The position numbers were made by a program, and so were the translations under genes. A stretch of DNA of 61,834 bases, filler included, from Globobulimina sp. (lineage: Eukaryota): assembly GCA_003354225.1 (NCBI GenBank). It is 26 parts of 26 records of this genome, joined end to end, with 100 filler letters (N's around TTAATTAATTAA, not from the genome) between each part and the next. Parts side by side here need not be neighbours in the genome. Positions count along the whole stretch, not along the records: positions 59,555 to 61,834 come from PIVH01007693.1; 25 more parts are not named here. The stretch is one strand, 5' to 3'. The notes beneath the pieces were generated by a model that made no database searches, was not told where the DNA came from, and saw only the letters and a list, made by a program, of their open reading frames with translations. This document shows positions 59,770-61,834 of the stretch, in pieces. Every line of letters begins with the position of its first letter. Position 1 is the stretch's first letter.

Positions 59770-60609
59770 TCAATATTGTTCATCCAAACATGATATGCTT
59801 AAAATAGTACCAAATATAGCGATACAGGCAAACAAAAATCCAATAAACAAAAATGAGCCATACATACATCTGCCAGTGATATGCGCGCCGCCTTTAAATA
59901 CATATCCATCATTTTGTAGTTGTAACTGATCATAATTATTATTGCCATTGTTTTGAACATTTTGATTGGCGATAGACATTAAAGAAAATTCAGAGTCCCA
60001 ATCAATTCCACATTTATGGTATAAACAGCACGGTAAACATATAAAAAATATCAACATTCCGCAATATCCCAATGTCCAAAATGACGTTGTTGTGAAATAA
60101 AAAGAACACGCTCCTTCCCGCGAATATTCACATTCCAACAAACTTGGATTATCCAAACATTTCTCAGTCGCTGTTTTATTTGTAATATTCCCATGATATA
60201 TATGTGGGAGATATAGATATGCCATACCCGCACAGCTATGATTTGAGGTGAAACATTTAGTGTTTGTGTGGTCCCATAAACAGGACACATTTAAGCCGCG
60301 ACTGCCACATTTTATGCAATTTGGTTGTGATAAACAATTGCAACATATTAATGAGGTACAACACTCAATATTTTCATCCAAACATTTGCTGGTTTCAATG
60401 CAATTAGATGTTGAATTGTAGTTTGTTAAATTTGTGTGTTCAATCCATGAGCATTGAATGTTGTGTGTATCATCAGCATGCATACATTGGTCACAGGATG
60501 TAAAATTATGACATAAATTATATTCTGGAATGGTGCTTTGCATTGAAACATTCGATAAACATGAGATGATAAAGAAACTGCAAAGCACAAATGTGATAAT
60601 AATTGACAT
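59770..60609 (-). CDS. Cys-rich (PSI-like repeats) membrane protein with signal peptide and two TM helices
   Basis: C..FTSCDQC...CSW; CLSQPNCIKC...C.W; two C-terminal hydrophobic segments. Confidence 0.7.
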   Translation of the reverse strand: MSIIITFVLCSFFIISCLSNVSMQSTIPEYNLCHNFTSCDQCMHADDTHNIQCSWIEHTNLTNYNSTSNCIETSKCLDENIECCTSLICCNCLSQPNCIKCGSRGLNVSCLWDHTNTKCFTSNHSCAGMAYLYLPHIYHGNITNKTATEKCLDNPSLLECEYSREGACSFYFTTTSFWTLGYCGMLIFFICLPCCLYHKCGIDWDSEFSLMSIANQNVQNNGNNNYDQLQLQNDGYVFKGGAHITGRCMYGSFLFIGFLFACIAIFGTILSISCLDEQY

Positions 60610-60679
60610 GGTTAATTTAACAATTAATTCAAACTAATAGTTTTTACTGTTCGAGTGAGTCACTGTACGTGACTGTATC

Positions 60680-61834
60680 ATGGCAGCTGAGGGAATTTTG
60701 CAGGGATTAAAAGGTGTATTAAATAGTGCGCTAGGCTTATATGTATGTCATTATGCATTATATATATTACTATATCCTATGAATTATATCATGTTCCAAA
60801 AGGATGATAAAAAGGAAACTAAAGAGGACACCGTACCGAAAACATGGATGCCTGGAAACGCAATATTAACGCGAACATTTAACAAACATCAAATAATTGA
60901 ATACGACTCAGATCCTGAGGACAAAACAAATGATGGCAAATCGCATAAACATATCGCAAAACTAATAAACGTGGATTATAACAAAAGCAGCATAACGACA
61001 AAAGACACTGATAATGGCGCCTATTGTTCCTACGATGTACATACAATAAAAATAAAATTACCCCCAGAAACAAAGCAAAATACCATCGCCCACAACACCA
61101 AGCAATCCAAGCAAACTGCCACGACATCTAAAACATCTTCATACACTCGAAATAATTACAGAAAAAAACATAAAAAAGCGCCAGATCTACCAAAATTAAC
61201 CGGATTCAAACGCATCGATTATGCTCTCAATTTATACTACGTACAAATGGGAAGAAACGATTATAAAAACGCAGCGGGAAAAGGTAAGTTTATGCAATAT
61301 GCGGAAGACAACGGGTTGGAGGAAGATGAAATTGAGGAAGAATTCAATAATCCACCGGAAGATTGCCAATATACTGACTTTAATGAAAACTTTCCATTGA
61401 AACAAGAACGAGATAACGTAGAAATATTTAATATTATAAAGTATTGCTACAAATACGGTTTCCCGCAGAATTCACCAGATTACGCTGTCGGTACTGGCCA
61501 ATATGGTTCTGGCTATCAAAAAAATTATACGTATAACAATGGCAATATGTATGGCAATGGTGGCGGCTATAAAAGCTATACAGGCTACACCGGCGGCGTC
61601 TGTTCGTGCGGTCGTATCCATGGCCATTATAATTATAAGCCAGTATGGGACGAGACATTGGAATATATTATGCCTCCCATAAAGGAGAATATCATCAAAG
61701 ACGAACACATCATTGACACCATCGGCGACGACGAGGAGCAGAGTGAGGCAGATGAGGAGGAATGGGAAAAGCCGGCGGATCCTCGACCGGATCGACCAGT
61801 CATTGAAGTTGAAGATGTGGCGGAAGATGACATG
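60680..61834 (+). CDS. Hypothetical protein, 3'-truncated; intron about 60743-60802
   Basis: Exon 1 MAAEGILQGLKGVLNSALGLY, GT-AG intron, then a frame apparently open to the window end (RIDYAL..YY...DY....GKGKF..Y..DNG...DC.Y.DF..NFP). Absent from the ORF track because it has no stop. Confidence 0.7.
   Translation, partial: MAAEGILQGLKGVLNSALGLYVCHYALYILLYPMNYIMFQKDDKKETKEDTVPKTWMPGNAILTRTFNKHQIIEYDSDPEDKTNDGKSHKHIAKLINVDYNKSSITTKDTDNGAYCSYDVHTIKIKLPPETKQNTIAHNTKQSKQTATTSKTSSYTRNNYRKKHKKAPDLPKLTGFKRIDYALNLYYVQMGRNDYKNAAGKGKFMQYAEDNGLEEDEIEEEFNNPPEDCQYTDFNENFPLKQERDNVEIFNIIKYCYKYGFPQNSPDYAVGTGQYGSGYQKNYTYNNGNMYGNGGGYKSYTGYTGGVCSCGRIHGHYNYKPVWDETLEYIMPPIKENIIKDEHIIDTIGDDEEQSEADEEEWEKPADPRPDRPVIEVEDVAEDDM

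Noticed and set aside
169-61833. Many 60-150 aa ORFs antisense to or overlapping the called genes
   Set aside because: Shadow ORFs with no motifs.
1-61834. Gene cluster or operon across contigs (e.g. PARP + ART, two sulfotransferases)
   Set aside because: Contigs are ordered by length, not by position; adjacency is meaningless.
1-61834. Genome-wide stop-codon reassignment
   Set aside because: TAA, TAG and TGA each end well-conserved genes at the expected positions, and long ORFs read through in the standard code.

Overview
This window is not one locus. It holds 26 unrelated contigs of about 2,280-2,284 bp, sorted by decreasing length and joined by an artificial 100-nt linker (N44-TTAATTAATTAA-N44), so gene order across linkers means nothing. 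Most contigs come from an AT-rich, gene-dense eukaryote with the standard code and short (mostly 50-80 nt) GT-AG introns. The gene families (PT-repeat surface proteins, divergent 7TM proteins, ART-like proteins) suggest a foraminiferan or other rhizarian; this is inference, not a database result. Recognisable genes include XRN1-like, PIG-P, PARP, H+-PPase, RER1, PGAM5, a Vps4-like AAA ATPase, MDH, TVP38/TMEM64, an expansin-like protein, 7TM-RGS, cytochrome b5, CLK and IKS1-like kinases, SurE, sulfotransferases, an RCC1-repeat protein, an SLC35A transporter and a cNMP-gated channel. Two contigs carry abrupt bacterial-looking pieces (an S8 peptidase and a multiheme cytochrome), probably amplification chimeras. 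The most notable observations are: a non-coding LTR retroelement with ~1.66-kb LTRs, a 361-bp core and a hairpin at the primer-binding position (9534-11816); a probably catalytically dead XRN1; an ART-fold protein; a membrane-anchored expansin with a duplicated C-terminal domain; a fold-back element inside an intron; and Harbinger-like MITE sequences. All homology calls come from motif recognition by eye.
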